A stretch of 64,000 bases of DNA from the human T2T-CHM13v2.0 reference genome, Homo sapiens: the NCBI RefSeq assembly GCF_009914755.1, contig NC_060925.1; one strand, written 5' to 3'. Every line of letters starts with the position of its first letter. Within the stretch, counting starts at the first letter, position 1. The notes beneath the pieces are model-generated. The model had not been told where the DNA came from and searched no databases. It saw nothing but the letters and a program-made list of their open reading frames with translations. This document shows positions 62,951-64,000 of this stretch, in pieces. The translations under genes were made by a program, and so were the position numbers.

Positions 62951-64000
62951 CCAGTAACTTGAGAGTTAAGTAGTATCATTTCTATTTTCTAGAAGGGAAA
63001 CTGAGGTTTAGAGAGATAACTCACCCAAGTTCCAACAGTGGCCATTGGCCAAGCTGGAGTTCAGACCACGCCCTCCTGCCTCTCAATGGGTACTGCTTTG
63101 TTGTCATTGTGACAACCCTTCCTTCAGTGCCCCGAGTAATGCTAATTACCTGCACACTGATGTGGACTGTTGAGGCAAAACATCCAGTACTTTCTCTAGG
63201 AAACACTCCTTGTGCTCATCATGTACTGTGCAGCATATATCTTGGCGACCCCCTGCCAAATATGAGCTCCAAGAAGGCAAGGGCTGCATCCATCTTGTTC
63301 ATGGCCATATCTAAGACCCCAGACAGGTTCCTGGCCCATAGTGTGCCCTCTGTAAATAGTCATTCAGTCATTCAACAAATGCCTGTTGAGCTGGACTACA
63401 TACTGCAGATACCAAGATAATCAAGACATAGCTCTGTCTTCCCGCTCCCCTCCCTATCTAGCATAGCAGAAACATAAAATAAACCACAAGATAGCGTGAT
63501 ATGGCACAAACATTACTATGGCCACCTTCTCAGGGTTATTCATTCTTATGTCCCCAGAGCCTAAAACAATAGTTGGCACATAGTAGGTGCTCAATAATGT
63601 TTGCAGATCATTTGTATGCCTTGCTGTCTTCTCTCTGCATATGGTAGAAAATTTAGAAGTCACGTGAGGTTAATTGGTCAAGAGAAAATTAAAAGTACAT
63701 ATAACAGCCTCCCAGTCTAGCTTCCGAAGTCTCTGACCCATCCTACAATCCTGGCACCTCCCTTTTTGAGCAGAGCTTTGCATTTCTAAATAGGAAAAAA
63801 AAAAAAAGTCTGTAATTATTAAAACTGTGTATATAGGAGAATTTAGCCTTTCATTTGAGGTATCCTAATGACACTTCAACAACTACTAGGGAAGATAATA
63901 GGGTTTAGAGCAATTACACAGCCTGTCAAATACCAAAGATGAGTGATTCAGATTCATGCTCAGAGCTGGAACAATTCTCAGCGGTTTTGCTCATACACAG

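Overview
Primate (human-like) non-coding euchromatic DNA, probably an intron or gene desert; the locus cannot be named from the sequence alone. It is dense in interspersed repeats: about 31 Alu elements or monomers (J, S and Y types, no strand bias, many with visible target-site duplications), many MIR/L2 relics, L1M fragments, LTRs (MER41B-type, a MER4-group LTR, an MLT2A2-type solo LTR, MLT1/MLT2 and other ERVL LTRs) and DNA-transposon fossils (MER58A, MER20 x3, MER45A, MER91B-like, MER104). I found no credible protein-coding exon, RNA gene or CRISPR array; the ORF track is Alu-derived or spurious. I cannot support a new protein-based system. The most interesting signals are of two kinds. 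(1) Several local templated copy events: an Alu insertion with an apparent ~355-bp target duplication and a chimeric 5' end at 17.2-18.5 kb, an L1/Alu junction copied 8 kb away, a direct-plus-inverted triplication at 59.7-61.0 kb, a diverged duplication at 50.9/52.3 kb, and a perfect 87-bp tandem duplication. (2) Candidate regulatory modules: a MER41B with two intact GAS motifs, an MLT2A2 solo LTR with a splice donor, and CpG-rich TCF and NF-kB/E-box islets. Repeat family names come from my recall of consensus sequences, identities were counted by eye, and boundaries are approximate.
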